A stretch of 64,000 bases of DNA, taken from NCBI GenBank assembly GCA_964016885.1, contig OZ024748.1, forward strand, positions 48,608,001-48,672,000, in the 5' to 3' direction. The stretch's first letter is position 1, and each line of letters starts with the position of its first letter. Of the stretch, positions 1 through 13,943 are shown piece by piece. Position numbers and translations under genes: made by a program. Source of the stretch: Eledone cirrhosa (taxonomy: Eukaryota). The notes beneath the pieces were generated by a model that did no database searches, had not been told where the DNA came from, and was given only the letters and a program-made list of their open reading frames with translations.

Positions 1-442
1 AAACTTACATTCATGCACACACACATACAAACATCTCACTAAGCACACTTACATTCACACATGCCCACACATGCATATATCATATACTTTTCTCCAGACA
101 TTTCACAACACGCACGTTTGAAATTTTAACGTCTTTTCATTTCATTTAACTTAAATCTCCTTTCCAAACAAGTCAACTCCGATCGATCTTTTAAGTCTAT
201 GATTGGGATACTCTGTTGATAATGGGTTTTTAAACCCGAAAATATTTGGGATTATTAATTTTGCTAAGAGAAGATTCTTTTATCTTAGCAATTTTAATTT
301 TCTTTCTAGTGCATTGTATGGTTTTCAAAATTATTAAAATTTGTTTCCTATTCAACAATGCTTCAAGCAAACTACAACACTGTGTTATATATATATATAT
401 GTGTATATATATATGTGTGTATATTTATATATATATATATAT

Positions 443-562
443 AAGTTATTCCGGGTTGAATCGGAGGTAACCACAGTAAGTAAGGTACTCAATACATAGC
501 AGAGTATTTCTCACGAATGAAACAGTTATAGTCCTGTAGAAGCTCTTCTATATTAAAACTTC
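443..562. mobile_element. Rearranged (inverted) copy of the HHR-bearing element at 35983-36119, Penelope-like pLTR type
   Basis: About 443-505 is the reverse complement of about 36051-36116. About 506-561 is a direct copy of about 35995-36048 (stem II-GAAAC...GTC of the HHR). (TA)n-rich tracts on both sides. Confidence 0.6.
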
Positions 563-649
563 TACATATATATATGTATATATGTATGTATATATGTGAA
601 TGTATGTATATATGTATATATATATATTTGTATGTATATGTATGTATAT

Positions 650-1100
650 CAAAGGGCAAAGGAGTTCTTAAGAGTCAATGGCCATCCAAAATCACTGGGA
701 GAGATGACCCCCTTAGCCTTTGTCAAGGCAGAATTCTAGAAGGAAAACTCTGATATAACACCTGCAACCCTGATGGTATCCAATGATGTTGACTTATTCT
801 TTTTGGTAAATATCATCTTGGTTAAGAGAGTGGGACTGGCTTTGTGCAGTGCCTTTGCTCACTATAAAAGCTTCACGGCACAGGCATTGCTTTGTATCTG
901 GAGATCTCTCTGCACTTGTCGTCACATGGTACCATGTACACTGTGTCAATAATTGTCACAAGTGTAGTGTTTGTGCCAGAGTTTTCAAGTCGCTGGCTGG
1001 ACTAAAAAGTCACACTCGTTCAGCGCATCGGTAGGGGTTCTCCTACATGGATATAAAGTAGTGGCCGTACTCGAAAACGAGTTGGCAGCCACCATATGTA
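650..1100 (+). mobile_element. Internally deleted RTE-like LINE remnant with a terminal C2H2-type finger
   Basis: The 5' part contains gaaggaaaactctgat...aaacct, which resembles RTE 5' UTRs. The 3' part encodes HKCSVCARVFKSLAGLKSHTRSAH-stop, like RTE ORF2 C-termini, then a short UTR running into (TATG)n. Confidence 0.55.
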
Positions 1101-1262
1101 TGTATACAAATGTATGTGTATGTATGTATATGTATGTATATCAATGTATGTGTATGTATATATGTGTATGTATATATGTATGTGTATATATGTATGTGTA
1201 TATATGTATGTGTATGTGTGTATGTATATATATGTATGTGTATGTATGTATGTATATATGTG
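1095..1262. repeat. (TATG/TGTA)n microsatellite
   Basis: Direct inspection. Confidence 0.95.
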
Positions 1263-1629
1263 TACAGACATATTGTTATTAGTGCTGATGATTGAAGTCT
1301 GAAGTCAGCATTATTACCTATTGTGCCATTTCCTCTGCTGCAGATGCAGTACTCTAGGTGCTGACATTCACTGTGGAAATCACCATGATTATATTAAGGT
1401 CAACCAGCTTAAAACCAACCTGTAACAGGAAGTAGAGCTATCATGTGATTAAAACTTCCTGTATATTGTGTGTGATTTACATGAGTCTGTTGCTGTTTCC
1501 AAAACTATAGTATTCTTCGAGAGATAAGCATGTTATGTTTAAATTATAAATTGGTTTACAGAGGGAGGGAGAGGAGAGCTATTGCAACAAACCTTAAACA
1601 ACATCGCCATGAAATAATACTCTCATTTT

Positions 1630-1722
1630 GTAGTAGTAGTAGTAGTAGTGGTGGTAGTAGTGGTAGCAGTAGTAATAATAGCAGCAGCAACAGTTGTAGT
1701 AGTGGTGGCGGCGGCGGTGGTG

Positions 1723-1768
<46 letters not shown>

Positions 1769-1880
1769 CAGTGGTGGTGGTAGTAGTAGTAGTAGTTGTA
1801 TTCAGTGGTGGTGTTGATGGTGGTAGTAGTTGTAATATTAGTTGTGATTGTGGCAGTTTTTAGTAATAGTAGTAGTAGTT
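1630..1880. repeat. (TAG/TGG)n trinucleotide repeat
   Basis: Direct inspection; source of the poly-S/G/V ORFs. Confidence 0.95.
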
Positions 1881-2299
1881 AGAAATGTTTGAAAATATTG
1901 GTTTTGCTTGCTTTAACAATGAATCATCATCATCATCTTCGTTTAACGTCCATTTTCCACGCTAGCATGGGTTAGACTAGTCTTATGAATGTCTTAGTAT
2001 GTCAAACACGAATGACTACAGTAACATGCCAATAGATCTATACCATCCATACCAATAGATCTATACCATCCATACCATACCATATCAATAGATCAATAAA
2101 TACCATACCAATAGATTAACATGTATCAGTGGTAATGTTATAGTGTTGATTCCTGAAGCCAATCAGTAACCATAGGAAAGCACCTGCTCAATTCTTCGAT
2201 CTCACTGGGGCACCTTGGTCCATGTTTCAAGATGAGTTGAGTAGGTTACCGATGTTCACCGTAGACCTGCAGCAGCAGATGGCTCACAATTCTCTCCCC

Positions 2300-3095
2300 T
2301 CAGCGACCTACTCCCTTTTGATCCTCACCCACCCAGCGACCTACTCCCTTTTGATCCTCACCCACCCAGCGACCTACTCCCTCGTGATCCTCACCCACCC
2401 AGCGACCTACTCCCTCGTGATCCTCACCCACCCACCCAGCAACCTACTCCCTCGTGATCCTCACCCACCCAGCGACCTACTCCCTCGTGATCCTCACCCA
2501 CCCAGCGACCTACTCCCTCGTGATCCTCACTCACCCAGTGACCTACTCCCTCGTGATCCTCACCCACCCAGCGACCTACTCCCTCGTGATCCTCACCCAC
2601 CCAGCGACCTACTCCCTCGTGATCCTCACCCACCCAGCGACCTACTTCCTCGTGATCCTCACCCAACCAGCGACCTACTCCCTCGTGATCCTCACCCACC
2701 CAGCGACCTACTCCCTCGTGATCCTCACCCACCCAGCGACCTACTTCCTCGTGATCCTCACCCAACCAGCGACCTACTCCCTCGTGATCCTCACCCACCC
2801 AGCGACCTACTCCCTCGTGATCCTCACCCCCCTCAGCGACCTACTCCCTCGTGATCCTCACCCACCCAGCGACCTACTCCCTCGTGATCCTCACCCACCC
2901 AGCGACCTACTCCCTCGTGATTCTCACCCACCCACCCAGCGACCTACTCCCTCGTGATTCTCACCCACCCACCCAGCGACCTACTCCCTCGTGATCCTCA
3001 CCCACCCACCCAGCAACCTACTCCCTCGTGATCCTCACCCACCCACCCAGCAACCTACTCCCTCGTGATCCTCACCCACCCAGCGACCTACTTCT
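2300..3095. repeat. 33-bp C-rich minisatellite, about 23 copies
   Basis: Unit cacccacccagcgacctactccctcgtgatcct; 37-bp variants at the distal end. Confidence 0.95.
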
Positions 3096-3514
3096 TCCTC
3101 TGCAAAAAAAAAAAAAAAGGGGGATTGGGGGAACAGGTCGAGCAAGCGAGGCACCTGCATCATTCATTGCTGAGTGTTTCAGTTGGTTTGGTCAACAGAA
3201 CAGCCTGCTTGAGAAACTAACATGTAAGTTTCTAAGCATTTCCACAGACATATATACCTTTAATGTAGTTCTCAGGGAGATTCAGTGTGACAGTGTGTGA
3301 TGAGGCTTACAGTTTTACCTGCAATTCAACGGGGTATTATTTCCAACTAAGCGGACTGAAGCAATGTGAAATTAAGTGTTTTAAGGAATCAATCGACTAA
3401 ATCCCAGACCTCAATAGATTACCAGATAGGGTGGAACTTGTCAAGTTGAACCAAGGAAGCAGTGTTTCCATTGGTCTTTCCATTGCTGATACTATCAACC
3501 GGTTACAACTCCTG

Positions 3515-3640
3515 GCAGAAAGAGCAACATGAAATAAAATGTCTAGCCGAAGGACATAGCATATGACCAGGTCCCGGAATTGAACTCACAACCTCATGAT
3601 TGTTAATCCAGTTCTCTAACCACTAATCCACGTACCCTTA
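3515..3640 (-). mobile_element. tRNA-derived SINE head, CORE-like family
   Basis: Reverse complement gives gtggattagtggttagag...gagttcaattccgg (A and B boxes), then a ...ttatttcatgttgctc body similar to 4634-4740. Confidence 0.7.
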
Positions 3641-4441
3641 CATCAGGTGTTTTACATCAACTAATGTTGGAAATAAATGTTGTGTAGTGGAGATTTCAGA
3701 AACCAGTTCCATTCCTTTCTTGTGGCCATTTACAACTTACATCATAAACACTCATGAGAAAGGCATGAATGTCACTAACTTTCATTTTATTTCTTTTCCC
3801 ATAAATTTTTGGAGCTTTTGTGTCTACATTAGAAATCAATATATTCATTTGTCACAGTGGTAATCACGCACACATTTACATAATACTTACACACATGCAC
3901 ATACACACATTCATCTATGTACACACACATAATAGATATTCATGCGTATACAAACACACACACACCATTTCAATCATTTATCTTTGAAATTATTAAAGGA
4001 AATTCAACTAGTTCAGTACATTACTACAATGAATTTATTATAATTTCAAATGAACTTTTAAATTAATTGAAGTCTATGGTGTGTGTGTGTGTGTGTGTGT
4101 GTGTGTTGCTTGTGTGTATGTATTGAAATCTATGGTGTGTGTGTGTATTGCTTGTGTGTGTGTGTATTGTTTATGTGTATATATATATATTAAAATGTAT
4201 GGTGTGTGTGTGTGTGTGTGTGTATTTGTTATGTGACCATCACAATTCGATTAGCTAATCAAGGCTCTTTGATGACCTTGAGATAATTACATACTGTTTT
4301 AGTGCCGGTTACTTTGTTATTAGAGGTGGAATGGGAATATAATAGAATTTTCCTTGATCCCTTTCCTTCTCTATCACTTTGAAAATGAGATCCTTTAATG
4401 AATCCTTAAGTTTGCATCATATATTATCTATACATTTTTTC

Positions 4442-4483
<42 letters not shown>

Positions 4484-4633
4484 ACCCTTTGCTTCTGCTG
4501 GAATCCGCTAGATGATGCTACGCCATCAGTTTCAGTTTCCAAATTCATAGCTGAAGGCTTTCAACAAGTTTATTTATAAACATACCATATATCGCTAGAT
4601 ATACAAAATACACATACTTATATATGCATACAT

Positions 4634-4965
4634 GGAGGCACATGGCTTAGTGGTTAGAGCATTGGCCTTGCAATCCTCAGACTGGGTGATGTGTTGTTTC
4701 CTTGAGCAAGACACTTTATTTCACATTGCTCCAGTTTACTCAGCTGTAGAAATGAGATGATAGGGACTGGGGTCCCTATCATTCCACTGCAAAGTGGTCG
4801 TGGAGGTGCCACGGCAAAAAAGCACCCAGCACTCACTGTAAATGAGGTTGGTGTTAGGAAGGGCATCCAGCTGTAGAAATCAAGCCAGCATCAGTTCCCG
4901 TCCCACCCTTGCAAGCAGAGAAAAAGCGGACGTAAAATGAAATGATGATGATGATGATGATGATG
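4634..4965 (+). mobile_element. tRNA-derived SINE with CORE-like body and RTE-type 3' tail ending in (GAT)n
   Basis: A-box tggcttagtgg; body ccttgagcaagacactttatttcac; tail gaagggcatccagctgtagaaa...ggacgtaaaatga(tga)n shared with the RTE 3' UTR at 38600-38746. Confidence 0.8.
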
Positions 4966-7650
4966 ATACAGTTATGTTAGAGTGAATACCTTAATTCTAT
5001 TTTCCAGCTGAATCACCCGATAGTTCTATATGGAAATGAAGCTAATCAGCCCATGCGCATACATGTCAAAACTATATGTTTTGAGTTCCAGCAGAGAGCA
5101 GGGTAATGGAGCACTGACTTGATAATGACCAGAGTCAGAAATGACGATGTCTTTGTCATCAGTTACCTACCCTTTGTTTCTGCTGGAATCTGCGAGATGG
5201 CACTGTCATCAATTTTCAAATTCATAGCTGAAGGCGTTCGAAATGTTTTAGAGCTCAGGCTATCAGAATTGTTAGTCCTCAGTAAAATATGTATAATAAT
5301 CACTCTAATACTGCAAATTTTCTCAATAATGTGTCTACTATAAACATTTGAATCAATAAACCTCATTAGCAAGGTATTCTTAAAAAGTACCAAACAGCAC
5401 CATGGCTACACCTCATTAAAAATATAAGTCTCTACTTTAATACTGCAAATTTTCACAACAATCTGTCCACTAAGAAAGATATTTTAAACATTTGAATTGA
5501 CAAACCTGTTGTTAGACATATTTTGTTAAATCATTATAGTATATTAAGAGTTAAAAGTCAACTTGTTCATATATTATGTCGATCTGTTTGTCTGCATCTC
5601 CTATCAGGTTTATTTCATGAGGGTTTTAATGAGGATTTGGGGAGGGATGTACATTTGAAACATTTTTAACAAATTCAGATTGTGTAGGTGAAGCTTCTTC
5701 AACCAGGAATTGAACCTGGACCTTGATTTAGTTTGAAGAACTCTCCCCTCTGCTCTACAACGTCTCCTTTCAATGAAAGATGAAATATATTTAACTGCTC
5801 CTGTATCTTTACCACCCAGCCCCACCTCCACTCTTTTGTTCAAATGATAAATAGTAAAGGGCACTAGGAGTAAGATTGAAATAAAAAAAACTATGTATCT
5901 AATTCTTAACAGTCCAGTCCTGTTCCGTAAATACCACATAGCATTACAATTCACTGCTGTAAGATGTACTGGCTGTTTATAAAGTCACTGTTATAACTGA
6001 ACTTACCACACATATACTCAAATATAAGCCAACCCTCTATTTTACCATCAATTTTTTTTTGTCACATATATCTCAGCTTATATATGAGTATGGTGATCTA
6101 TATTTCACTTTTCTCCGTATTCTAAATATTGAGGTATATATTCTTTTATTTTTTTACTGGTTTCAGTCATTATATTGTAGCCATGCTGGGGTACCACGTT
6201 CAAAAGATTTAGTTAATTATATCAACTTCAGTACTTCTAAAATGTCTAGTACTTATTTTATCAATCTCTATTTATTGAACTGCTAAGCTATCAAATTCTA
6301 CTCACAAGAGATTGGTCAACATGAAGCCATAGTGGAAGAGTTTCCCAAGGTACTGTGTAATGGGACTGAACCACCCAAAACCAAAATGGTTGGATAAACC
6401 TCCATGAGCTTGGTTGGTCTCACTTGGCGATCCAACCAGATCAATTGGATATGGTTGTTTTCTCCTCCCAGGGATATGTGGAAGAAGAAAAAGAACTACT
6501 ATAATATTGTTATATTGTCTTGCTCAGAACACATATTTCAGTTATGATTCAGGCAGACTTCCATAATCATTAATTTCAGATATTTTGACACAACAAAAAG
6601 CACCCAGTCCACTCTGCAAAGTGGTCATGATGGTGACACAAGAAAACGTGCACAGTCCACACTGCAAAATGGTTGCTGTTAGGAAGGACATCCAGCTGTA
6701 GAAACCAAGTCAGAAACAGTTCTGTATGAGCAAGACACGGTCATCTGATCTGACTTGTCTCCTAACATGACAACTCATCTCACCCATGCTAGTGTAGAAA
6801 ATGGACATTAAACGGTGATGATGATGATTTTCAACGACTAGAAATTGTTACAATCTTATAAATAGCAGCCCATTTGTTAACGGAAGGATTGTCAGGGTAA
6901 TAATCTAGTTGTGGTTAGAGACACTGTAGAAAACAACTTTCCAAATTGCCCAGTTATTTTTGCACTGTGTTTAAGTCTAATGTTTGATTTGATATCTGAC
7001 ATAATCCTTAAGGAATTTAAAATTATTGCCAGATGGTAATGGAACTTGTTTTTGGTGAAGTGTCACAATGTAATTAAGAGTTCTATCCTTCTAACTGATG
7101 AATATAGTTGATAAAGACAGATGATCGGATGATGTATTCTCTATTAACCTAAAAATTAAACAGCCACACACACACACACGAGCATGCACACACACACATT
7201 TATGTTAACTAGTAACTGAAATCATATTTAACCCTTTTGATACCAAACAGCTTGAACCTGCATGGATATACATACACAGACAGACAGACAATGTCAAATG
7301 ATTGAACATATAGGGTGGTCTTAATCATGTCAATATACACTTGATATGAATACTTTCATTGTAAACATATATATGTTGTTGATGTCTCACATGAAAACCA
7401 AAATGGCTTCCACATGGACAAATCATTTGTTTAGCTTCTTCCAGTTGCCCATTAGAGGCTCATATATTATCAGTCATTTATGAGTGGTGATTTAAAAGTA
7501 CGTTTTAATCTATTTCTTTTGGATATAAAAAACACATTGCTACATGTGGTTCTGGGACTTAGTGAGACTGTCCTGGCTATGGCTGAGATTATTTTAACTA
7601 AATAGTTTCTGTTTATTGAAACACAACTGTAGGCATATTTTCAAACAATT

Positions 7651-7830
7651 GGATTGACAGTATCGGTAGAGGGTCGGACGCCATGCTTTCCAGCATAGTT
7701 ACGTCCCTTTATGATCTGAGTTCAAATCCCGCCGAGGTTGACTTTGCCTTTCATCCTTACGGGGTCGATAAAATAAAGTACCAGTAATACACTGGGTAAT
7801 TGCTGGCCTTGTGCCTAAAGTAGAAACAAA
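7651..7830 (+). mobile_element. tRNA-derived SINE with Deu/Nin-like core (family A)
   Basis: B-box gagttcaaatcc; core gcctttcatccttacggggtcgataaaataaagtacc; 3' gctggccttgtgcctaaagtagaaac. Confidence 0.85.
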
Positions 7831-8072
7831 TATTTATGAAAAGCAACATGGGATTTATTTCGGCTGGAGACAAAATATTATAGACATAAAATGAGTTGTG
7901 ACTTATCTACCACTGTGACTTATATATGAGCATATACAGTGTGTAAAGTAGTACTAGTGGTATGATAGTTTTTCTATATTTTAATTGATTCATTTGCTTG
8001 TACATCTCAGCTAGAAATATCAACCATTATTTGATGTGTATGTGTATATATGGATATACCCTGAGTGTGTGT

Positions 8073-8113
<41 letters not shown>

Positions 8114-10159
8114 AGTTTATATATATATATATATTCCTTTACACTTTATCTCCGAAAATAATAGAGCTGCTGACCTTTACAACTTTTATTTACAAATTCT
8201 ATCATTTCAATGTGAATCACCAATAATTGTTAAATTTTTGCCTTTATTTTCTTTCTTTCCTTACTTCCCCCTTCCCTCCTCTCCATCTTTTTTTTTTACA
8301 TTTTTGGTTAACTTTTGAAAACTTTGACAAATTTCTAAATTACTTTTTTTTTTTTGAAATACCCAACATAAGCTTTTTACTTTGCTTAAATGAAGTTAAA
8401 GGTCAAAACAGTTTGTGTTCTTTTTTTAACCAATTTCAAAAAGCTACATATGGATTTGAACAGATAACCTATTTGTGCAGATTTAGTTAGAATAATATCA
8501 AATTTTATAATAAAATAAAAATTCCTATTATGACAGCAAGTTGCTTGAAATTCAGTGTAATAGTTCAAGTTAGATTTTATTTTTTGCAGGGGGATTTTTT
8601 CCCCCATCAAATTTATTCATTCTTCAGTTTAATTTTGTCAGAAATTTCCAAATTTTTATTTATTATTCGATCATAAAATCATTTTGTATGAATGAGGAAA
8701 ATAAAAATAACATTGTAACTATTTATATAGTGGTTTATCATTAGTAGCTTATGAATTCTGATCGGCTTAGTCTATGGTTGAAGTTTTTATTTTATTTTAT
8801 AATTCACGATAGACTGCACTTGATTGTCTTATGTTTACTCAATAATGTTTACGTTAATTTTCTTCTTCTTTTTCTCCTCCTCCGTCTTCTCCCCCCCTCC
8901 TCCATTGTCACATGTAGTAAACAGATGATCAGCAAGCATGTTTCAATTTACTTTGACAGATTTGCTTTACTTGCCATATTTGATTTCCTTTGTTTGTTTG
9001 TGGGGTAGGGGTCGGGCACACACAGACATAACGGTGCGGTCAAGAAGTTTGCTTCAGACCATTTTGGTTTTTGGTTCGACCCCATCTTTTGTTTTGTTTT
9101 CATCAGACAGGTCAGGGGTTTGCATCCCACTTACATATGATTCCAAGTGCTCATCATGTAGCTCACGAGCACTAGAGACGTTGTCACGTCTTTGATACAC
9201 CATGGAGGGTCATTTATTTGGTAAACTTTTTATGGCTGGATGCCCTTCCTATCACCAACCACTTTACAGAGTGTACTGGGTGTATTTATCATGTAGATCA
9301 CCAACACTAGAGAGGTTATCATGTCTCACTAATTTAACATAACATCTATGTGAGAACATTTTCAAAATATTTTCATTTATTTTTCTTCTTCACTGAATCA
9401 ATGTTTCTTCTTATAACAGAATATTGAAGAATTTAGAATGGCATGAACAGGAATATCTAAACACACATCCACACATACACACACATGTACATATACACGT
9501 ACACACACACATGTATGCATATACACACATGCATACACACATTCACATATACACATAAACACACATACGCATATTCAGACACACGCACATATGCACACAC
9601 ACACACATATGCACACACACACTTATGCACACACACACATACACACACACACACATGGATGCATACACATACACGTGTATGCACATGTTCAGACACACAC
9701 ACAGAATTTGTTGGTAACTATGCTCAAATCTTATTAGAGCCACCTAATTTTGTGATAGAAAATAATTAATTAATTAATTAAAGTTTTATTGATAAAATAT
9801 TTTAATTAGTTTCATTTTGCTTTCATATTCACCGAAACTAATTTGCATGTGGTAACTTTAACCCAACCATAACCACTGTTTCTAATCCCAAACATGTAAC
9901 TATAGCAGCAGAGAGGGAGAGAGAGAGAGAGGGTTTTCATTTGTTCCTCCAAGTCTTGTTCTTCCCCTTGACCAAGTTCTCTACTGCGCAACTTTCCTCC
10001 TCATCTCATTTGAGGGGTTCACCATCTTCAGCTCATCACCACTGCCCAAGTCTTCCTTGGTCTTGCTCTTTTACCACTTGCTTTTTTACCACTTCCTTCT
10101 ATTTGGAACATCATTATCACATGTATTCCATGACTGCCAGTGTATGCTACATTTGGCAC

Positions 10160-10840
10160 AATACATCTGCCGCGCTACATCTGCCGCGCTACATCTGCCG
10201 CGCTACATCTGCCGCGCTACATCTGCCGCGCTACATCTGCCGCGCTACATCTGCCGCGCTACATCTGCCGCGCTACATCTGCCACGCTACATCTGCCACG
10301 CTACATCTGCTACACTACATCTAGTTCACTACACTACATCTAGTTCACTACATCTGCCACAATACATCATCTAGTACACTACATCTGACTTGCTACATCT
10401 GCCACTCTACATCTGCCACACTACATTTGGCACGCTACATCTCACACGATACATCTGGCACACTACATCTGGCACACTACATCTGGCACTCTACATCTGG
10501 TACTCTACATCTGGTACTCTACATCTGGCACTCTACATCTGGCACTCTACACCATCTAGCACACTAACATCTGACACGATACATCTGGTGTACTACATCT
10601 GGCACACTAACATCTGACTTGCTACATCTGGTGCACTACATCTGGCACTCTACATCATCTAGCACACTGACATCTGACTTGCTACATCTGGTGCACTACA
10701 TCTGGCACTCTACATCATCTAGCACACTAACATCTGACTTGCTACATCTGGTGCACTACATCTGGCACTCTACATCATCTAGCACACTAACATCTGACAC
10801 GATACATCTGGTGCACTACATCTGGCACACTAACATCTGA
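10160..10840. repeat. 14-bp minisatellite (ctacatctgccgcg) grading into a 60-bp higher-order repeat
   Basis: Perfect 14-mers at about 10163-10280; diverged monomers next; near-identical 60-bp blocks at 10621, 10681 and 10741. Confidence 0.9.
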
Positions 10841-11011
10841 TTCCTTTTATGCCCAGTTTCTGTATCAACTCACTCGTCTACACATCCATCTACACACAAC
10901 ATGCTCACTTCATTTCTTTCTAATCTTTTCACATTCAAATGCTGCCTCACTACCAAGATTTATTAAATACAAATTTAGTTGTAAGATTGAACAGAAAATA
11001 TATGAATACAA

Positions 11012-11064
<53 letters not shown>

Positions 11065-11642
11065 AGAGGTTATAATGGTTATGTGTATACATAATCGTTA
11101 TATATATATATATGTATGCGTGTGTGTGCGTGCATATATGTATAGTATATATATATATATATAATGGTTATGTATGTCTATAATAGTTATCCACATCTAT
11201 AATGATTATGTCCATATATTCTTTGTTTAAAATATGTGAAATAAATATTAAAAATTTCGACATAAAAGAAAAACTTCATGAAGAAAAATGTAGAAGAAAT
11301 ATATTTCAACCTTAGCATTCCTTTTTGCTGCAGACTAAAGTTAGAGTTGTTATAAATCATAAGATAACATTTCCTCTTCAAATCTAAATGTACTTTACAC
11401 AGTAATTTGTTGGATATGATGAGCGATAAAACTCAAACCTGTACACCATACATTTTTATCTGATGTAATTAAACATATTTTATGACTTTCTAGCCAGCAA
11501 TTATGGTTGCATTTAATAAATTTCTTGTGAATTTGAAGTTTACATACATGCATATATATATATGTATATATTCACACACTCATGTATACATCCATAATAC
11601 ACATATATACACAATGTGTATGTGTGTGTGTATGTATGTGTG

Positions 11643-11708
<66 letters not shown>

Positions 11709-12091
11709 TATAAAATTTATTACTTTAGTATATTAATAATCTTAACATATTTTACCATTAATTGCTTAATTAAAATATTCCAATATATAAAAATTTTTAA
11801 TGCTTCATTTTATTTTATTTTTGTTTATATTTTCTTCTTCAATCTCCATTACGTCACTAGGTTGTTGATTTAAACAAAATAGGATTTCTTGTTTCCACAG
11901 TGTACATGTAAACTAATGTATTGCAAATAAGAGGTGCGCAGGGGACCTTTATGGAATTGCAGACTCTGAGAGTAATACCAGTCACACTCTACTATCTTAA
12001 TCCTTTTCATACCAATATGTCCAAAACCATCTTGGATTTATGATGATACAAAAGAAGTAATTCTAAAATGTTTATACTTATATTAAGTAAA

Positions 12092-12232
12092 GGTGTCAAA
12101 TTGGCAGTCATTACAACCTTGGATAGGACACTTCGTAGTATTTGGTTTGGCACTCTGCTCTCTGAGTTCAAATCTCGCTGAGGTAAACTTTGCCTTTCAT
12201 CCACTCAAGATCATTAATGAAAAAATACCAGT
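12092..12232 (+). mobile_element. Family A SINE, diverged
   Basis: ctgagttcaaatctcgctgaggtaaactttgcctttcatcc. Confidence 0.7.
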
Positions 12233-12339
12233 CTATACTATATCTCTCCCCTTCATTGCAAGGGCCACTACCAGATTTTAAAATCCCCTAGAAGTGCTGT
12301 ATGTCGATACGGCACCCCTACAAATCCCTGGGGAGGATC

Positions 12340-12930
12340 ATCACCATCATCATCATCACCGTTTTACGTTCGTTCTTCCACGCTAGCATGGGTTAGACGG
12401 GTTGTCCTGTTGTGGGCAGTGTCTGGTCGGCTGACCATGCCTTGCTCATACAGGAACTGATTTTGGCTTGATTTCTACAGCTGGATGCCCTTCCTAACAC
12501 CAACCTCATTTACAGTGAGTGCTGGGTGCTTTTTCGTGGCGCCTACACTACCACTTTACAGTGTGGGCTGGGTGCTTTTTCGTGGCGCCTACACTACCAC
12601 TTTACAGTGTGGGCTGGGTGCTTTTTCGTGGCGCCTCCACTACCACTTTACAGTGTGGGCTGGGTGCTTTTTCGTGGCGCCTACACTACCACTTTACAGT
12701 GTGGGCTGGGTGCTTTTTCGTGGCGCCTACACTACCACTTTACAGTGAGTGCTGGGTGCTTTTTCGTGGCGCCTACACTACCACTTTACAGTGAGTGCTG
12801 GGTGCTTTTTCGTGGCGCCTACACTACCACTTTACAGTGAGTGCTGGGTGCTTTTTCGTGGCGCCTACACTACCACTTTACAGTGTTGGCTGGGTGCTTT
12901 TTTTGCCGTGGCATCTCCACGACCACCTTG
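12340..12930 (-). mobile_element. RTE/SINE 3' tail containing an expanded 46-bp minisatellite (about 8.5 copies, 12509-12900)
   Basis: (CAT)n tail and ctggatgcccttcctaacacc as in the RTE 3' UTR, followed by the unit tttacagtgtgggctgggtgctttttcgtggcgcctacactaccac. Confidence 0.85.
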
Positions 12931-13741
12931 CGATGTCTATATGCTTCAGATTGTACCCATGGGAGGTCGGGTACTCTGTATTACTGTGTGACGCTAGAGG
13001 TCACGGTTGTGTGTCATTGCAAACTTATATTCAATCCTTTTATCATAATTTTATTTTAGAATCAAGTAAGAAAGTGTTGTAAGTTTGCTTGAAGCATTGT
13101 TCAGAATGTAAAAAAAAAAATGTTTTATTAGAAGGCTGTAATGATGTGAATAGGACATTAATTGCTAAAAATATGATGATAAAGATGTCACCTTGCAGTT
13201 GTTGGTCTTTATATTTTGGGATAAAATCCCGTCATCAAAAAATATAAGGAACAATTGCAAGGTGACAAACATCACATCTTTATTATTATATTTTTAACAA
13301 AATTGGACTATGTGCTTTTTGTTTGTCATGGCACTAGCACACATTATATACACACACACACACACACACAGATACACACCCACACACGTACCCACCCCTA
13401 CCTATCTTTCCAAGACTACAACTTTTGTTGTTTGTTGTACCCATTGGGAGCCATAGCAGTCAACATAATTCTCTATTACAAACCAGAAATCTATAGTCTT
13501 TGATAGTGGACTCTTCTGAAAGTCTGAAGCCAAGAGCAGTCTGTGACCCTTCAACCTCTTCCCTATCATAGAAGCAATCAAAAATATATATTTCTGATTG
13601 AATAGTAATAATTCTTTAATCACACACAAACAATACTTCTCAGTTTCAATGAATTTTTGAAGTTCTTGATAATCAATATTAATTTGATTGTTTTTACGTA
13701 TTGATTCCTTGTTTTATGTGTAGTTTCTTTATTATTTTCTC

Positions 13742-13794
<53 letters not shown>

Positions 13795-13877
13795 ATGTAT
13801 GTATATATAATTTCATTATTGTATAGAGTCTAGGTTTTCCACTATCCTGTCTCAACTGGTTTTTGTTTGTTTGAATA

Positions 13878-13943
<66 letters not shown>

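Noticed and set aside
849-1034. C2H2 zinc-finger gene
   Set aside because: Single finger with no TGEKP linker, followed by a stop, a short UTR and a microsatellite tail; fits an RTE ORF2 terminus better.
1318-1419. Minus-strand 102-bp exon candidate with good-looking AG/GT sites
   Set aside because: All three frames contain stops; no other support.
2222-2957. Repeat proteins (DLLPRDPHPPS)n and similar
   Set aside because: Products of a 33-bp minisatellite open in several frames.
5610-5954. 114-aa ORF resembling a type II membrane protein
   Set aside because: No recognisable domain, and it overlaps a tRNA-like B box (ggttcaattcc on the minus strand); probably chance.
7651-7740. tRNA genes at SINE heads
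   Set aside because: Only A/B boxes followed by SINE bodies; no full cloverleaf.
12509-12900. CRISPR-like arrays (also 30230-30881, 32692-33710 and 49855-50222)
   Set aside because: Head-to-tail repeats with no unique spacers, no cas genes, and a eukaryotic context.
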